Assembly (NCBI GenBank): GCA_023920165.1
Contig: CP089274.1
Span: forward strand, 992,001-1,056,000
Source: Curvularia clavata
Taxonomy: Eukaryota
Length of the DNA stretch: 64,000 nucleotides
Direction of reading: 5' to 3'
The notes under the pieces are model-generated. The model did not search any database. It was not told the DNA's origin and worked only from the letters and a program-made list of their open reading frames with translations. Position numbers and translations under genes: made by a program. The stretch's first letter is position 1, and each line of letters opens with the position of its first letter. Positions 1-12,384 of the stretch are shown here, piece after piece.

Positions 1-338
1 GCTGGAACAAACAGGAAGTTGACATTGTTATTGGACCCGCATTCGTCGGCCCAGCTTCTGCACACGACACGGCATTCTACTGGACCTACACTAGTCTCTG
101 GAATCTTGTTGACTATCCAGGTGTCGTTGTACCAACACCGATTAGGGTGGAAGGAAAGGAAGAATATGCACCGGATTACAAACCGCTGAGTGACGAGTGC
201 AAACATGTCAAAGAACTTTGGGAGAAGTCGAGTTTCGAGGGTGCACCCATTACACTCCAGATTAACGCGAGGAGGTACCATGACAGCGATCTGTTTGGTG
301 CGCTGGCCATGTTGAAGGATGTACTCGAGTTACCATAG
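1..338 (+). CDS. Amidase (amidase-signature family), C-terminal part; 5' end lies outside the window
   Basis: Open frame from nt 3: WNKQEVDIVIGPAFVGPASAHDTAFYWTYTSLWNLVDYPGVVVP...GAPITLQINARRYHD. The YTxLWNLVDYP and G-x-P-x-x-LQ motifs are typical of fungal amidase C-termini. Confidence 0.85.
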   Translation, partial: WNKQEVDIVIGPAFVGPASAHDTAFYWTYTSLWNLVDYPGVVVPTPIRVEGKEEYAPDYKPLSDECKHVKELWEKSSFEGAPITLQINARRYHDSDLFGALAMLKDVLELP

Positions 339-822
339 TCTGTTGCGTAGGTAGTCATTGCCGAATGCTTGAGCCTACAAAGTGCCCAAGGCGAAAATTC
401 TATGAGTTCTAACCTTTCCTTTATGGGTCAACACTGATTGGATGACATACAGCTTCCAGTTCAATTGGTTGCTTCTGCTATGGGTACCACTATTGACACA
501 ACGTTGAATTCTGATAAAGTAACTAGCAACTCTCTCTGTTACAACCAAGAGGCAGTCCCAGCTTTAGCAATGTAACCATTATCTCGTGTGCTGGACGGAT
601 GTTGACGAGTGTAGACAAAGCCGAGGCGGTGGCCGAAAGCGGACAGTGCAGGGATGTGGTCGCGTCGGAACTATGCGCCGGAAGGAGCGACAGGTTGCTC
701 AAACGTCAGTCCACCAACAACAAGATCAGACGCATGGTTTGTTCTTTGGTCTGGTCGCTATACCCGCGCCTCTGCAACGTGATGTCGCGTTCAAACCAAT
801 AACCCGCGATTCTCACCCCGCC

Positions 823-3800
823 ATGGAGCAGACACCGATTGCGCAGATCAGCCCCGAGCTGGTCGCGCTCGAATCCAAGCATTTCCGGGCCACGGTCACG
901 TTGATATGGCCGTACTCGTCGTCGGCGCGGCAGTTGGCCCTTCTCCTCGCAGAGCCAGACGTCCGTTCAAGGCGAAGGAACGGGCAAGTCAGGGCCCGTT
1001 TCTCAGGCGCCAGCGCAAAAGCTATTGCGACAACAGGCATAGGCATCGGCGATGAGGTTGTGTTGAGTCTGAGGGGCGCGCAATTTGTGTCTGAGGGCAC
1101 TGTCAGCACGCCTGGAAAGAGCATCGATTGGGAGCTGGAATACGCCCAGACAGTTGTGATTCGTGTATTCCGCCACAGTGAGGAAACAGCAAATATCGAG
1201 CTCATTGATGCACCACCTACACAGACCCCGAAGTCACCGCTCCACCAACAATCTCGAGCAGCTCCGAGCCCAACGCTGAAATTCTCGTCTCCCGCTTTCC
1301 TGAAGCGTGCGCGCCTTTCTGATGGGCCCTTTTTTGAAGCGTCGTACGACCCCCTACTCGATGAGGCCGACGAAGGTCACGACAAAAAGCGGCGGAGGAA
1401 ATCATATCGGGACTGGAAAGCATGGACATACAGCGCAAGGACACCTTCGCCCGAGAAGGAGGATGTAACAATGGATGACGAACTCGAATTGCTCGAGGCT
1501 TCGCCTAGCCGCGCAGCGCAACTCCCTCGAACGCCCACTTCACCTTCAAAATCCGCTGTTGTACCCGCAGCAGAGACACCCCAGCATGCTCAAGACAACA
1601 AGCAGATAGGATTGGAGACCTCTACAGATAACAATGTCCTGCCACCGGATGCCGAATACGCTTTTGGTGGCGATACCGAAGTGGACACCGAAGTTAACAC
1701 CGAAGAAGAAGACCCTGCGCAAGGAGAGGCAGAGGCAAACCAAACGAACACGACTGAGGGTAACATCGAAGGGGTCCAGCGTACGGAGCGCGAAGCTTTG
1801 GAAAATAATACAGTCGCTGCGTCGCAAGTGAGGGTGGCGGTTGAGACGAGTGGGGATGTTGTAGAGGTCGATGACAAGGAGCAAGCTACCGAGACAGCAT
1901 CACCATCACGACAGTTTGATGCTCCGAGACTCGCCATGCCTCCTCCTACCTTATTGACCCTTCAAAACGATCTACAGAGTACTTCCTCTGCCGGACTCTT
2001 GACCCCAATCGGGAAAGAACCCAAGAGCCCAACCCTTCGGCCTTTGGATTCCACCAATCTTCCGATCCCGTCACCGTTTCCTGTGGAGCGAGAAGACAAT
2101 GCCACCTCTTACTTTGATCAACTAATTGCCAACGAGCAAGCTAAAGAAACTGAAGCCGAGGGCGAAGAGGAAGAAAGTCCGCCAAGTGAAGCAAGCTATA
2201 TTGGCGAGACGTCGTTCTTTAGCTCGATAGGCTCGTCAAAGGCATCGGGACTTCACCCCAACCATGAGTCGGTCTTTACACCTCTACGCTTTACCTTTGG
2301 TTTGGATGGTGCCGGGTCTTCGCGCCCTATGGAGCTGTCCTCCCCATCGCCTGAAAGTCAATTAGATGGAGAACGCGGCAAGTCACCGGAGCTGTCCGCT
2401 TCGACCACGGTAGTAGACACTTCATTTGCTAGTTCTCTACCCCAAAACACAGAGGAAGTTGAGACAGGCAATGAACAAGTCCAGGAAACAGGCACATCAG
2501 ATGTGCACATCGATACGGAATCCCAACACCCGAACACAACAAGGCTCTCTTCAAGCGGTTTCAGTGCCGAAAAAACAGAGCAGATGACTGCTGATCACTC
2601 GGTATACACAGACACTGACAGAGTGTTTGAAGACAACGCACCCATCCATCCAACTTCGCATTCCGGCACCAATGAAGCTATTGAGGAATCAGAAGAAGAA
2701 CAAGAGCCTTCGGCTAGGATGCATGGCGCACTCATTCAGGAAGAACATTCACAGGCCTTTTCCCACGAGCAAGACCAACATCAACACCACCCTCAGTCCA
2801 TGGATCTTGAAACTCGCGACACTTTTGAAGCATCAGATGAGCAAAAGGAAACTAACACGTCATCTCGGGAACCGGACCTTAGTCAAGACGTTGTCCCGAC
2901 AGAACAATCCTTCTCTGTCGACCACTCATACGAGGCTGATATGGAGGCTACTGATGACTACTTGCAAGACGCCTTCCCTTTGGGTCATATGTCGCAGGAA
3001 TTCCAGGATGGGCATCATACACATTCGGAACAGTATCCAGCCTTCCAAGAAGAATCGATGGAAGATCATTTTCACTCGCAACTAGATCAATCAAGTGCTG
3101 CGATGGTCTCTGAAATGTCCAATGTGTCCGCTAGCGAACAGTCTGCAGCCGCGTTTAAGCAGAGCCATGACGTGGATGAAGTACAAACAGAAGATGTGCC
3201 TGCTGGCAACACGCGGTCTAAAGCAAAAGTGGAGACATCACCCGTCGCCGACGAAGTGCCCGCTTCCGTTCGTACCACGCGCTCGACGCGATCCCGGGGT
3301 TCTGTGAGTTCCATCACTCGCTCCGTCATCTCTCCTCCTCGGACACACGCCCGCTCAGCACACTCTCCCCCACAGGGAGCTACTCAGGCTTCACCGAGTA
3401 GCGTTCGCAGCCAATCGAGGCTCTTATCACCAGAGGCGGGCTTTTCAGCTATTGCTTCTACCGCTACCCGCGAGAGTCCGCGGAGGTTCCTGCAGAGAAG
3501 CTTGAACAAAGAGTTCGCCGCGGTTCGCTCTGAGTCTGAAGCGCGAGGTCCATCAATAACCTCACAGAAGCAAGATGTCTCCGAAGGTGAACGTTCTCAT
3601 GACGACTTTACCAAAGACACGGACAAAGTTGCAGAACACTCTGTGTCGCCAGATATGCCATCGGAAGAATTTGCTGGAATAGGAAAAGCTGAATTTAGCA
3701 GTCCTATGAAACACGATGTTTCTGGCAACGAAGGAAGCTTGGACAGCAAACCTTCGTCTGAGAGAGGCCTTGAGGCAAAGACGAAATCGAAAGCTAAGGC

Positions 3801-5001
3801 TGAAAGAAAGAAGACTGCCTCAAAAACAGTTGTTGAAGCTCAAAATAATCAGTCTGTTTCGACTGAACTTGATACTCCCAGTAGACGACTGCGCTCAAAA
3901 GGATCTGTCGAGTCAACCACTGAGAGCCCTCGCGTTCTGCGGAGAACAAGAAGGAATGTATACAACCTCACTGAATCTCAGGAAACTGAAGAGGCTAGTG
4001 CGATCGATCCCAAGACTGATGGCAAGCATGGAGCGGACCTGCGACAGGGTGAAGGTGAAGGTCCAGCTCGTTTACAAGTGGATCAACAAAAGCAGAGACT
4101 CATGACACCGGATGCAACGCAGCAAACGGCAGAATCTCAATCCAGCTTCACTGCAGGTGCCACAGAACAGAACTCGTTATTGACACCTCAGCCTACCCAA
4201 CGAACATTCACCGATCCCCATTCCACCCAAACCGACATCGATATGGATGCCATGGCCGCATCACCGAGCGGCAAAAAGACACCTCTCAAGTTTACGCCTC
4301 GACGCGGCAGATCAGCCATCAAGGAAGTATCTGCTTCTTTGTCTCCAACTCTCATCGAGAAGCCCTCGTTAAAGACTGATCCCGATCGAGCAGAGGAGCC
4401 TTCAGTCGGTCTCTCAACTCCACTCGCGTACTATACACCACTCAAAGACCTTGTCTTCTTTCTCAACCGCTCTTCTCAATTCCACTCTTCTGCCAATCCA
4501 GACATTCTCGCCCTCGTCACGTCCGCGACGACCTCAAGTGAAAAGGCCAAGAAGGGCCCCAAGCACTGGAACACCACGCTTCACGTTACCGACGTGAGCT
4601 CCTGGCCTGCAACCACAACCGTACAATGTTTCCGCGCCTACCGAGAAGCACTGCCAGAAGCGACGGTTGGCGATGTCATTCTTCTGCGCGCTTTTGGTGT
4701 CAAATCGCTAAACAGGCATCCTACGCTTGTGAGTGCAGATGAGAGCGCATGGTGTGTTTGGCACTGGGGCAAGCCTGTTGAGGTCGCTCAAAAGGGTGCG
4801 TTTGCCGAGTTGAAGGCAAGGGAAGAGGTGCGAGGACCGGAGGTTGAACGCGGCGAGGGCGAGTTGCACGAGGTCGAGAGGCTGCGGAACTGGTTTGAGG
4901 CCAAGGTGAAGCAGGAGTTGCAAGAGAAAGAGGAGAGTCAGGTCAAGACGCGAAGTCGGGATAAGGCCAAGGGGGCTGCTAGTGGGAGTTCGGATGTGTA
5001 G
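823..5001 (+). CDS. Large protein with N- and C-terminal OB folds (POT1/Cdc13-like ssDNA-binding domain) joined by a long disordered acidic/Ser-rich linker
   Basis: Intronless ORF; likely start at ATG 823 (gccATGG). N-terminal beta-rich block FRATVTLIWPYSS...GIGDEVVLSLRGA. C-terminal block DILALVT...TLHVTD...VQCFR...LPEATVGDVILLRAFGVK resembles POT1 OB1. Confidence 0.7.
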   Translation: MEQTPIAQISPELVALESKHFRATVTLIWPYSSSARQLALLLAEPDVRSRRRNGQVRARFSGASAKAIATTGIGIGDEVVLSLRGAQFVSEGTVSTPGKSIDWELEYAQTVVIRVFRHSEETANIELIDAPPTQTPKSPLHQQSRAAPSPTLKFSSPAFLKRARLSDGPFFEASYDPLLDEADEGHDKKRRRKSYRDWKAWTYSARTPSPEKEDVTMDDELELLEASPSRAAQLPRTPTSPSKSAVVPAAETPQHAQDNKQIGLETSTDNNVLPPDAEYAFGGDTEVDTEVNTEEEDPAQGEAEANQTNTTEGNIEGVQRTEREALENNTVAASQVRVAVETSGDVVEVDDKEQATETASPSRQFDAPRLAMPPPTLLTLQNDLQSTSSAGLLTPIGKEPKSPTLRPLDSTNLPIPSPFPVEREDNATSYFDQLIANEQAKETEAEGEEEESPPSEASYIGETSFFSSIGSSKASGLHPNHESVFTPLRFTFGLDGAGSSRPMELSSPSPESQLDGERGKSPELSASTTVVDTSFASSLPQNTEEVETGNEQVQETGTSDVHIDTESQHPNTTRLSSSGFSAEKTEQMTADHSVYTDTDRVFEDNAPIHPTSHSGTNEAIEESEEEQEPSARMHGALIQEEHSQAFSHEQDQHQHHPQSMDLETRDTFEASDEQKETNTSSREPDLSQDVVPTEQSFSVDHSYEADMEATDDYLQDAFPLGHMSQEFQDGHHTHSEQYPAFQEESMEDHFHSQLDQSSAAMVSEMSNVSASEQSAAAFKQSHDVDEVQTEDVPAGNTRSKAKVETSPVADEVPASVRTTRSTRSRGSVSSITRSVISPPRTHARSAHSPPQGATQASPSSVRSQSRLLSPEAGFSAIASTATRESPRRFLQRSLNKEFAAVRSESEARGPSITSQKQDVSEGERSHDDFTKDTDKVAEHSVSPDMPSEEFAGIGKAEFSSPMKHDVSGNEGSLDSKPSSERGLEAKTKSKAKAERKKTASKTVVEAQNNQSVSTELDTPSRRLRSKGSVESTTESPRVLRRTRRNVYNLTESQETEEASAIDPKTDGKHGADLRQGEGEGPARLQVDQQKQRLMTPDATQQTAESQSSFTAGATEQNSLLTPQPTQRTFTDPHSTQTDIDMDAMAASPSGKKTPLKFTPRRGRSAIKEVSASLSPTLIEKPSLKTDPDRAEEPSVGLSTPLAYYTPLKDLVFFLNRSSQFHSSANPDILALVTSATTSSEKAKKGPKHWNTTLHVTDVSSWPATTTVQCFRAYREALPEATVGDVILLRAFGVKSLNRHPTLVSADESAWCVWHWGKPVEVAQKGAFAELKAREEVRGPEVERGEGELHEVERLRNWFEAKVKQELQEKEESQVKTRSRDKAKGAASGSSDV

Positions 5002-5354
5002 GTATGATGGGAGGACAGTTAGTTAGGCATTTCTTAGAATACCCCGTTCCAGAAGTAGAGAATGAAACAGACATCATATAGGTTCAATCGACGTCACATC
5101 CAAGTACAGTATCCATTGAGATCATTCATGTGTCTCATTGGTTTCTATTTATCCTTTTTATCATACGATCGTATCTCATGGCCGGCCTCTATGCTATGAA
5201 AAGCTCAGAGCAATCTTTCGCGGAGAGGTTGCAACTACTAGACTAGCTCATATCTGTTATAGCATTGAAGCCGCGAGACACAAGCTAGCTTTTCGCTGCA
5301 TCCTCATAGCTACTAGGCTACTCCATTCTCCCATGACTTAGCTGGTCAAGGCAT

Positions 5355-6090
5355 TTACTTCTCGTAGACCCAGTCGTGCTGGGCGCTCTTCCAGCTCTGG
5401 ACCTCACCCTCCTTGAACCAGAGGGCAATCTCCTTCTTGCCGTTCTCGACGGAGTCGGAGCCGTGGCAGACGTTGCGGCCGACGTCAAGGGCGTAGTCAC
5501 CACGGATGGTGCCGGGGGCGGAGGCAAGGGGGTTGGTGGCACCGAGGATGGAGCGGCCGGTCTTGACGGCGTCACGGCCCTCCCAGACCATGGCGCAGAT
5601 GGGGCCGGAGCTCATGTCTGCAAAGTTGTTAGGAATGGTGACGAAATCGAGAGTTTGTTGAGTTTGGGGTGACGTACAGGAGATGAGACCGGGGAAGAAG
5701 GGCTTCTCCTTCAGGTCCTCGTAGTGCTTCTCGAGGTGCTCCTTGGAAGGAGAGACCATCTTGATACCAGCGAGCTTGAAGCCGCGGTTCTCGAAGCGGG
5801 TGATGATGGGACCAATGAGGCCACGCTGTTGGGCGCGTCAGTACAGTTGCTTCTTTTGCTTTTTTCGGGAACAGCATCGCCAGCCACCCCCTAAGCTGTG
5901 TAGCAATTGAGTCGCGGGTGACAGCTATGTAGAGGACATTGGTGATGAGTAAGATTCGAATGTTACGTACCTGAACGCCATCAGGCTTGACAGCGATGAA
6001 ACTACGCTTTCTGTCAGTATATTGTTCACCGCCCCTCAGTTTGCCCTCTTCAAGCTCCTAGGTGTAGACGTACGTCTGCTCGGTAGTCAT
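5355..6090 (-). CDS. NDK1: Nucleoside diphosphate kinase (3 introns)
   Basis: Spliced: [34 protein letters not shown]...[21 protein letters not shown]...[16 protein letters not shown]...[10 protein letters not shown] (catalytic His). Confidence 0.97.
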
Positions 6091-6439
6091 TTTGATGGAG
6101 TTGGTATTTGTTGATCTGTCAATGGGATTAGTCTTCTGTATTAATCAATGTTTCAATGGCAGGTGGATCAATCGTACCTGGACAGAGGTGGATAAGGAGG
6201 AAAGGAAGAGACACCGAGATGGAGCTGGATTTTTTGAGAGGTGGGGGTAGGGGGTTGCTGCGGCCTTCGTTGTCTAGTGGGGTAATGTTGCATAAAGTTA
6301 TGCCTGATTTGTGCAAAGTTGCTGGACCCTGAGCTTGGCGGTGCTTCAAAGTCCACATGGCATCTTGAGTGTTGAGGATTGGTTTGAGCTGAAGGCATTC
6401 CGGGCTGGCTTCTGAAATTCTGCTCCAGAGCTGCCTATC

Positions 6440-9400
6440 ATGATCACTTTACGGGAACGGCCTCCCCGGTGGACGGCTGTGCTTTTACTGCTAGTAGTGG
6501 TGTGTTGCTTGTTTGGCACTGCTGGTACGTAGCTCACCGTAGCTCTCCATGCCAACACAGCCGTTGAACGGTTATCGTTGTCGTCATTCCATTCTTGCCG
6601 CACAATTCCAGTGTACTCGAATATGTGCTAACGGGCTGCAGTGTCGGTCAAGCACGAGAACTTCAAGACGTGCGATCAGTCTGGCTTCTGCAAGCGCAAT
6701 CGCCAGTTTGCCGATGACGTCGCTGCATCGAGCTCCTGGAGCTCACCATACTCACTCGATCCTGCCTCGATAGTTTTCAATAATGGCCAGTTGGATGCTG
6801 TTGTACTCAAGACCGTCAAGGAGGGCCAAGAAAAAGTTCGTCTGCCGCTGACTGTGACTTTCCTCGAGACCGGCGTTGCGCGCGTTACTCTGGACGAGGA
6901 GAAGCGAGCCAAGAGTGACATCGAGCTTCGACATGATAGCAAGGCAAGAAAGGAGCGATACAATGAAGCTGCCAAATGGGCTCTCGTTGGAGGACTCAAC
7001 CCGTCTACAGGTGCTGCATTCAGTCCTGACGCTGAGCAAGGATATACCAAAGTTGTCTATGGCAAGGGTGGCAAACACCAAGCTGTCATTCGACACGCAC
7101 CGTTTGGCATCGAGTTCCAGAGGGACGGCGAGACTCAGGTCAAGTTCAACGAGCGTGGCTATATGAACGTTGAGCACTGGAGACCAAAGATCGAGAAACC
7201 TGCGGAAGAGAAAAAGGAAGGTGAAGAGGAAGTCAAAGAAGAGGAGAAGAAGGTCGAGCAACCTGTCGAAGATGAGAGCACATGGTGGGATGAGTCTTTT
7301 GGTGGCAATACCGACACCAAGCCGCGAGGACCCGAAGCTGTGGCACTAGACATCTCCTTCCCAGGTTATGCACATGTCTTCGGCATTCCAGAGCATGCAA
7401 CGAGACTGTCTCTGAAGACGACAAGGTATGTGCTAACTATCACTAAGTCTTGGTCATAGCTGACATTTGCAGGGGCGGTGACAATGCCTACACCGAGCCG
7501 TACCGTCTGTACAACGCTGATGTCTTTGAGTACGAGATAGACAGCCCTATGACGCTGTATGGTGCCATTCCCTTCATGCAAGCTCATCGCAAGGGCTCGA
7601 CTGTTGGTGTCTTCTGGCTCAACGCAGCTGAGACTTGGATTGATGTTACCAAGAAGAGGAATACCGCAAACCCATTGGCTCTGGGAGTTGAGGGTCACAC
7701 TGATACACAGACTCACTGGATGTCTGAAAGCGGCCTGCTAGATGTCTTCGTCTTCCTCGGCCCAACGCCCCAAGATCTCACTCGCCAATATGGTGAGCTC
7801 ACCGGTTACACTGCTATGCCACAGTCTTTCGCTATCGCTTATCATCAGTGCCGATGGAACTATGTCACTGACGAAGACGTCAAGGATGTTGACCGCAGAT
7901 TCGACAAATTCAATATCCCATACGACGTTATCTGGCTTGACATTGAATACACACAGGAGAAGAAGTATTTCACTTGGGATCCTATGACCTTCCCTAACCC
8001 CGAGGGAATGCTACAACAGCTCGACAAGCGTGACAGAAAGCTTGTTGCGATCATTGACCCGCACATCAAGAACACCAACGACTACCCAGTCATTGACGAA
8101 CTCAAGAAGAAGGACCTCGCTGTCAAGAATAAGGATGGCAACCATTATGACGGATGGTGCTGGCCTGGTTCCTCCATGTGGGTCGACTGCTTCAACCCGG
8201 CTGCCGTTGACTGGTGGAAGAGCTTGTTCAAGTACGACAAGTTCAAGGGCACCGCCCACAACACCTTCATCTGGAACGATATGAACGAGCCCTCTGTCTT
8301 CAACGGCCCTGAGACCACGATGCCTAAGGACAATCTGCACCACGGTAACTGGGAGCACCGCGACGTTCACAACATTAATGGCATGACCTTCCACAATGCG
8401 ACATACCAAGCCATCACTGAGCGCAAGAAGGGCGAGATCCGTCGTCCTTTTGTTCTCACACGTGCGTTTTACTCTGGCAGTCAGCGCTCTGCAGCCATGT
8501 GGACCGGCGACAACCAAGCAGAGTGGTCCCATCTTGAGGCTTCGATTCCAATGATCCTTAACCAAGGCATCTCGGGTTTCCCCTTCGGAGGTGCAGATGT
8601 TGGAGGCTTCTTTGGTAACCCCAGCAAGGAATTATTGACTCGTTGGTACCAGGCTGGTATCTACTACCCATTCTTCCGCGGCCACGCTCACATCGACACT
8701 CGTCGCCGTGAGCCCTACCTTGCCGGATCTCCTTACACTGAGATCATCACTCAAGCTCTCCGTCTGCGGTACCAGCTGCTCCCTGCTTGGTACACTGCTT
8801 TCCACGAAGCCCACAAAACAGGTGCTCCGATCGTCCGTCCAAACTTCTGGACTCACCCTGATGACGAGGCTGGTTTCGAGGTTGACGACCAACTCTACAT
8901 TGGCTCTACCGGACTTCTTGCTAAGCCCGTTACCAAGGAAGGTGCTGACAGCGTCTCTATTTACATCGCGGATGACCAACCATATTATGACTACTTTGAC
9001 TATACCACATACAGTGGCAAAGGGCACCACACTGTCCCTGCTCCTCTTGAGAAGATACCCCTTCTCATGCAGGGTGGCAACATCGTTCCTCGCCGAGACC
9101 GTCCCCGTCGTTCTTCAGGCTTGATGAAGTACGATCCCTTTACGCTCGTTGTCAACCTCGATAAAGACGGCAACGCTGTAGGTACCTTGTACGTCGACGA
9201 TGGAGAAACCTTTGACTACGAGATGGGTGCTTTCATCCATCGCCGCTTCTCCTTCGACGGCGCTCGCCAGATTCTGACATCCTCGAATCTTGACACCAGT
9301 CAGCGTACCGTCAAATGTGAGAAGTACCTCAAGACTATGGAGAATGTGCGTGTGGAGAAAATCATCATTGTTGGCGCACCAAAGTCTTGGAAGGACAAGC

Positions 9401-9597
9401 AAGAAGTCCTTGTCATGCAGGAAGGTGAAAAGGAGACTCGTAGGAAGAAACCCGTGCCTTTGGAGTTCCACGCTGCTCAAGGAAAGAAGGCTGCATACGC
9501 CATCGTACGCGATCCGCGCGTGTACATTACCAAAGGATGGAAGGTCGATTTTGGAGACCAAAGCGCCGGCCATGAGCACCATGGACACCAGCATTAA
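6440..9597 (+). CDS. GLS2: Glucosidase II alpha subunit (GH31), 2 introns (~6535-6641, ~7426-7473)
   Basis: Signal-peptide exon MITLRERPPRWTAVLLLLVVVCCLFGTA; VKHENFKTCDQSGFCKRNR; GH31 nucleophile motif WNDMNE and WTGDN. Confidence 0.95.
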
Positions 9598-10559
9598 AGT
9601 ATGAAAATGGGAAGAGAAATTCGGGAATACAATTCATGCCAGTCAGAGTTCCTGGGTGGTAAGAGGAGAGCGTGTCTTGTTGAGATGAGACAAGGTGTAC
9701 ATGAATACAATGTCATGTAGCCTATAGAGAGACAAAATGTCAATATTTGGATAAATAAAAGCTTGCACTACTTTTTCCTGATGATCTTACCGGAGAGCTT
9801 GAGCGTGCGAGCCGCAAGGCTTCACTGGTCAAACTCTGTCATTTCGTTCGAGCTTCTCGGATGGTTTTACACGGTGCAGCTGCTTTCTCATGTGCTCGTC
9901 CTAATTTGTGAGGACTGCGAAGGGCATCAACGCTGATTTCCACTGCCGAAGTAAGCCCTGTTAGGATGGATTTGGGATGGTATCTATCATATTTGATATA
10001 TCGAATTCTATAGCTTCACCGATACCTCGAAGAAACATTCAGAATGTCCAGAGCACAACTCAGTGTCACCTTCCAAAGAGCATTGTGAACAGACTGTTTG
10101 CATTCACGTTGTCGATTCAGGGAAGTTGCTGTGGAAGTTGAAATTGTTATTTGCCTTGAAGTATGGGTTCAAGGTATAGATCCATGTAAAAAAGGTCATA
10201 AACAAGTGACAGTGTCTAGTTTACACGCTCATTCCTCCTCGTGGCAAAACTCCTAAACGCCAGCTCATGCAAATAGTCTTTGAAACCGGTCAGCCTCAGA
10301 TCTGATCTTCGTTGTGAGGAAGAATGAGGCAGAAGAGGAAAACGCTGAAAAAAGATTGTCGAAGCAAAATGGCAGGAAGAGCAAGCAATGAGGAACTTCC
10401 CTTACAGTCCTCAATAGGGACCTAGAAGTCATTGCGCATGAGCGAAGTAGCCATAGGGTCTCTGACTGGTTCTGGGCAGCAGTAGGGAAGCTGTTCTACC
10501 AGTCTCTCCACAGATATTCCCTGTCAGAAAAGCTTCAGTAACAAATACTGATGCCACTC

Positions 10560-12105
10560 TCAAAGCATGCCTGCAGCCGCCAGATCCTTATAGACCTTCT
10601 CAGGCATAACGTTGCCCTCCGAGTCTTCCATCTCGACAACGTTCTCAGCCATGGCCTTCTCCTTCTTCTTGTCCTTTTCAATCTTCTTCCACAGGTCCAC
10701 GGCCTCTTGAATACTTGTAATCTCGCGGAAGAGCGCCGTGCTGGTGATGCCGAGACATTTGAGACCGTGGATGTGACGAGGCTCGTTGAAATGCTTGTCA
10801 AAGGCACGTCGGCCCATGTAAACAAAGTTTCCGCAGATTTCGCAGGGGAACTCGACGCCAAGGCCGTGAAGCTTGTACAGCCAGAAGGGAATGGGCTTGC
10901 CGTCCCAAGCAAGCGGAAGCTTGAGAGGGTTATAAATCTTGTCTTCGCCGTCCGAGTCGTCCGCCTTCTCGTTCGCGCCGTTTTCGGGTGTTTCAGAGTA
11001 CAGTTGCTCTAGCTCTTGCTGTCGTTCACGTTCGGTCATGCCTTGTTTTCGCTCAACGTTCATCTTGGTATCGCCACGTTCAGTCTGCATGGCTGCAGCG
11101 AGCTTTCGTATCCTGAACTCCCGCTCGGCAACTGCGCGTTCCTTGAAGCGTTGCAGGTCTGCGGAAGCACCGTTTGTCTGCTTTCCACCATCTTGCGTTC
11201 CCTCCTGGCTCTCTTTTACGGCCTTTTTGTGTTTCTTTCCTGTCAAGTGCGATTCGTAGACGGTCTCTTTTGAGAAACCCTTCTTACACGCAGAACACCA
11301 GATTCCCTCGCCTTGAGCTTCGCCTTCAGCTGATGTTGAGGAAGCGACATTTTCCCAGCCTGGGACTTGGTCCTTTTCCCACAGCTCCTCAAACTCCTTG
11401 TCGAAGTTCGCGAACAGTTTGTCCAAGTTCTCTAAAGGCTTCGTCCGTCGCATGAAGCTCTCAAGGTAGTCTTGCAAAGCCTTCAAGTAATGGAAATAAG
11501 TCTCTGACTTCTTTTGATCGCGGCGAATGTTGCATTGTGGAGGAGTGAAGACATCGAACAGATCGAGGTACTGCAGATACGTCAGGCGGCGCGCATGCTG
11601 ATGAACTGGAAGGTTCAAGTACTGCTCATGCAGCGTAGTCAGGTCAAAGAAGCGACCGAAGCCCTCCTCGCCAGTGAACATGGCGTCGATAGCTGCAATG
11701 GACTGCGCATGATCCTCGGGTGACCGCTTCTTGTAGGCTTTTTCTAAGTTTTCGACGGGTTCGTTGGGATAGCGTCGGTGAAAGTCCTTGATGGATTCGA
11801 CTTCCTTCAAGAAAGACTCCATTGGGTCGCCGTGGGTGAGGCTGCGCACCTCGTCTTCCTTTTTGCCATCGACATCCTCGTAGATCTTGAGTAGTCGGCT
11901 TGACTGACTTTCAATCTGCTCTAGAAACCGCGCAATGTCGTGGTCGCGTGCGAGACGATCGCGAATCTAACAATATGTCAGTAGGTATCGCAGGAGGTAC
12001 AGAGGACAGACGTACATGCGGAGGATCTTCGAGAAGGCGCTCTGCTACGGCATCCTCGAGGCGCTCCAAATCCTCGTGAAGGTGGCGCTGCTCTTCCAAA
12101 AGCAT
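10560..12105 (-). CDS. PRP9: Splicing factor 3a subunit 3 (SF3a60/Prp9/Sap61), 1 intron
   Basis: MLLEEQRHLHEDLERLE; zinc finger CSACKK..HLTGKKH; YNPLKLPLAWDGKPIPFWLYKLHGLGVEFPCEICGN. Confidence 0.95.
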
Positions 12106-12384
12106 GATCGCGGTCGCCTATATCAAATATGAGTTTTGGGGTATCGGAGCGGTTCGACGAGGGATGTGCAGACCTTTGGGGGCGTAAGTTGTCGAGCTAC
12201 TAGGTGGAGCCTGTCGCCGCGACATAAACTGAAAAACGCGCTAGTACCCGGAACGGGATCGCCGAGGCTCCGGCCCTCCGCAACGCTCAGACGTAGTTGC
12301 TCCCAAACTTTGTTGCGATCGCGAACCAACGTTCTTCCAAGCCCACGAAACCCCCACATCAAATACCAACGAAGCAAAGCCAAC

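Noticed and set aside
586..822. GTG-initiated N-terminal extension of the OB-fold ORF
   Set aside because: Eukaryotic locus; the protein-like sequence begins at ATG 823 in good context, and the upstream part looks like promoter/UTR.
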